From Takakia lepidozioides (Eukaryota > Plantae > Bryophyta), in assembly GCA_030704615.1 (NCBI GenBank), contig CM060731.1, positions 88,660,001-88,724,000 on the forward strand: a stretch of 64,000 bases of DNA, given 5' to 3'. The notes below the pieces were generated by a model that saw only the letters and a program-made list of their open reading frames with translations, searched no databases and was not told where the DNA came from. Of the stretch, positions 61,506 to 64,000 are shown piece after piece (position 1 is the stretch's first letter; every line of letters begins with the position of its first letter). The translations under genes and the position numbers were made by a program.

Positions 61506-63705
61506 CTAGTGCATCTGAGATAACCGACCATTCTGTTTCCAAAAGCCCACACTTCCATTCCCGTCCCCATTCCTGAAGGAGGGTCGCAGGCCAGCATCAT
61601 CAGGTTGGCCAGGCCAGCAGGGGTCAGGTCCCCGATGCATGTGGTCCATTGTATGCAACCCATCGCTGGAGGCTTGCTGGCCATACCAATTGGCAATGTA
61701 TTTAGCATACCTGCCAAAACACCACACCCCACTCCCTCAACCACAGCCATTCTCCACAGCACCTAAAAGCCTCCTTTGCAAAACTGGCCTACCAACACAC
61801 AACTGAATCAGGCACCAATGTCTGACCACTAACAGGTCATGTGGGAAACAGGGAAACATGGGACGTACTGATCATCAGAGTAGGCCGTGCCAGCCCCACC
61901 CGCCACCCATCCTCCATATAAGGGCCCTGTACTGTTGTAACCCATCTGGCCTCCACCCTGTCCAGTGTGTCAAAATAAAGTCATCACTCCAATGACGATT
62001 ACAATTGCCAGTTCAAGATAGAGCTCAATACAATCGAGGAATAACTAACCTGGTGGTAGCCATTGTACTCCCTCATATGGCCATGGCCATGCCGCTGTAA
62101 ATATTCCTCATAGGTCTGCTTCACAATTGCATCCCCATGAGTGCACACTTGGTTTGAGGCAATGCAAGGAAAGCTGTGGTCTTAAAAGTATGAGAGGAGA
62201 CCACACAAAAAAGTCATTTCTGCTTACCAAGAGAAATTAGCCTGGACTAAGCCTTCCTCATTGACCAAAGTGGGATATGAAGAGCACATGCTACAAACAC
62301 ATTACCATGCATCTTTGGGGTCGCTTCCCTCAAGAAGGCGTTAACCCAAAAACTGATGGAAATACTACCCCACATGTCAAAACATTGCCTGGGGATACAA
62401 CTTCTGGTATAAGACCAAAGTGGAAGCAAGTACGGACCATATTGAGTAGGTCCTCTTCAGGTGCTAAATCTGCACTTCTGCTGCTACTGCTGCTGCGAGT
62501 ACGATCCTTGTGCAACACCCTGTCCATGTCTCTCAGCCGCTCTGTGTCACTTTTCTCAGGAGCGAGAGAATGTGGTGACCTTGACCTTGAGGGAGGTCTA
62601 GGAGCTTCCCCCACATGAAGGCTCTTGCTTGTGAAGCCACTAGACCTCACCATTGGCCTCGAAGATGCAAAGGCTTCGGGAGGGGCCATATGAGGAGGGT
62701 ACATCAAAGGCAGTACAGGGCCTGATGTGGGTGCAGCAGGCAAGCGTGGCCTATATGCAACTTCCCCCACCCCCTCTCCACGTGGTCTCTTTGTCACTTG
62801 GGCAACCACCATGCCAGACCCCAACTTTCTGTTCACAAGCCACATACAATGCTCAATTCTCTTGCAAAATGACATGAGGACAGCCCAACTTGAAGTTCAA
62901 CTGGTAGGAGGAGTGAAAGCAATGTCTGTGAAGAGCTTACCGTTTCGGCCGACCCTCTCTATCAGCACCCTCATCAATGAGGGCACACAACGCATCACCA
63001 ATCTCTTGCGTGAGCTCCTGTGTAACAAACAACTTGTTTGTGAGTGCAGGGTTTGGGGGAAATATGAAACACATCTCAACCACTGGCAGCTGAGCCCATA
63101 CCTGACAATCTCGGCTGATCTTGACAGGCTTGTAGGAATTCAATGGATTCTTCAAATGAACAGTCTTCTGGAAGGGTAGATCATAGAGGCGCAACCATTC
63201 CACCCGAAAAGTTCCACCCCAAGGGTTGGCACCTTCATTCGCTTCACTCCATATGTTGGCCCTACGTCGCCCTATTGGAGTTGTCATTCGTGCATATCCT
63301 TGGAAGTGGCTGCTCATGTTCACACTGAACACTAACAAAACTCTCTCCGAGGTCTACACCACAGCATCCCACAAAGTTGATTGGGAGGTTGTCACATAGC
63401 CCAGCAAAACAGCAAACGACAAAGACATAACCATCTATTTGCATCAAAAGGCTGTGTCCGTAAAATACCCACCTCAAATGCCTCATTGAGGACAGGCTCA
63501 TTCATAGCTTGTGTAGCCCAAATCCCTTTCTCGATTGACTTGGCTATATTGTGGTGATTTAAGCTTTTTATGATGAAATATCTGGTATTGTACATTTTCC
63601 GTTGCTTTAAAGCTCCGCTGCTTGTACCACCATTTGCCAGGTCTCTGCCCTCTGTGACTTTGTCTGCAAGGCGTTGTTGACCTTTCCTTAGGTTAAGCAT
63701 GCCTC
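61506..63705 (-). CDS. YTH-domain m6A reader, YTHDC1/ECT12-type; start not resolved (ATG at 63700 or an upstream exon)
   Basis: Exons 63473-63705, 63102-63353, 62941-63017, 62438-62828, 62050-62115, 61869-61957 and 61506-61710 join in frame. Motifs RYFIIKS...SIEKGIWATQ...FSVNMSSHFQGYARM...NPLN..KPVKISRDCQEL and DLLNMTYEEY. Confidence 0.92.
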
Positions 63706-64000
63706 CTGCCAAACCCGAGTTTCACACTTTATAAAAGCTCCTAAGATGTAAACAATCATTAGTGGACCATCCTTAAAGATGTTGCTAAGGAACGTATAAC
63801 TCAAGCCACCTCTTCCGTGTCGCTGCCTAATGACTACAGACCCAACACAGGCCTGTTGCCCCCTTGTCAAATTTACATCCATAAACAACGCCTACTCTCT
63901 CCTCCTGACAATAACTTAACAGCAGATCAGACCTACAATTTGCATTTGTACAAACCATCTTTTTTAACCTTGAAAACAATATTAGCACAGCTTTCATACC

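Overview
Eukaryotic, intron-rich land-plant DNA, most likely from a non-seed plant (inferred from a Tcn1-like gypsy, a Chlamys-like Penelope element and PLS-type PPR sequences). There are three host genes: an 11-exon plastid PHT4/ANTR anion transporter (minus, 17101-23828), a 10-exon, probably GPI-anchored A1 aspartic protease (plus, 25708-33289) and a 5'-incomplete YTHDC1-type YTH-domain gene (minus, 61506-63705). The rest is nested, mostly decayed transposons. In 1-15.7 kb an L1 LINE is interrupted by two gypsy elements and a Dualen-like RLE non-LTR element, followed by a GCM-like/MULE/SWIM transposon. The block 39581-60623 reconstructs as one rearranged Ty3/gypsy element encoding a cytosine-5 DNA methyltransferase between protease and RT, plus a C-terminal PHD finger. 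Inserted in it is a CACTA element carrying fragments of an OSB-type PDF-motif/PPR fusion gene. Many host introns have G/purine-rich rather than pyrimidine-rich 3' ends. All protein-family calls come from motif recognition by eye; no searches were run.
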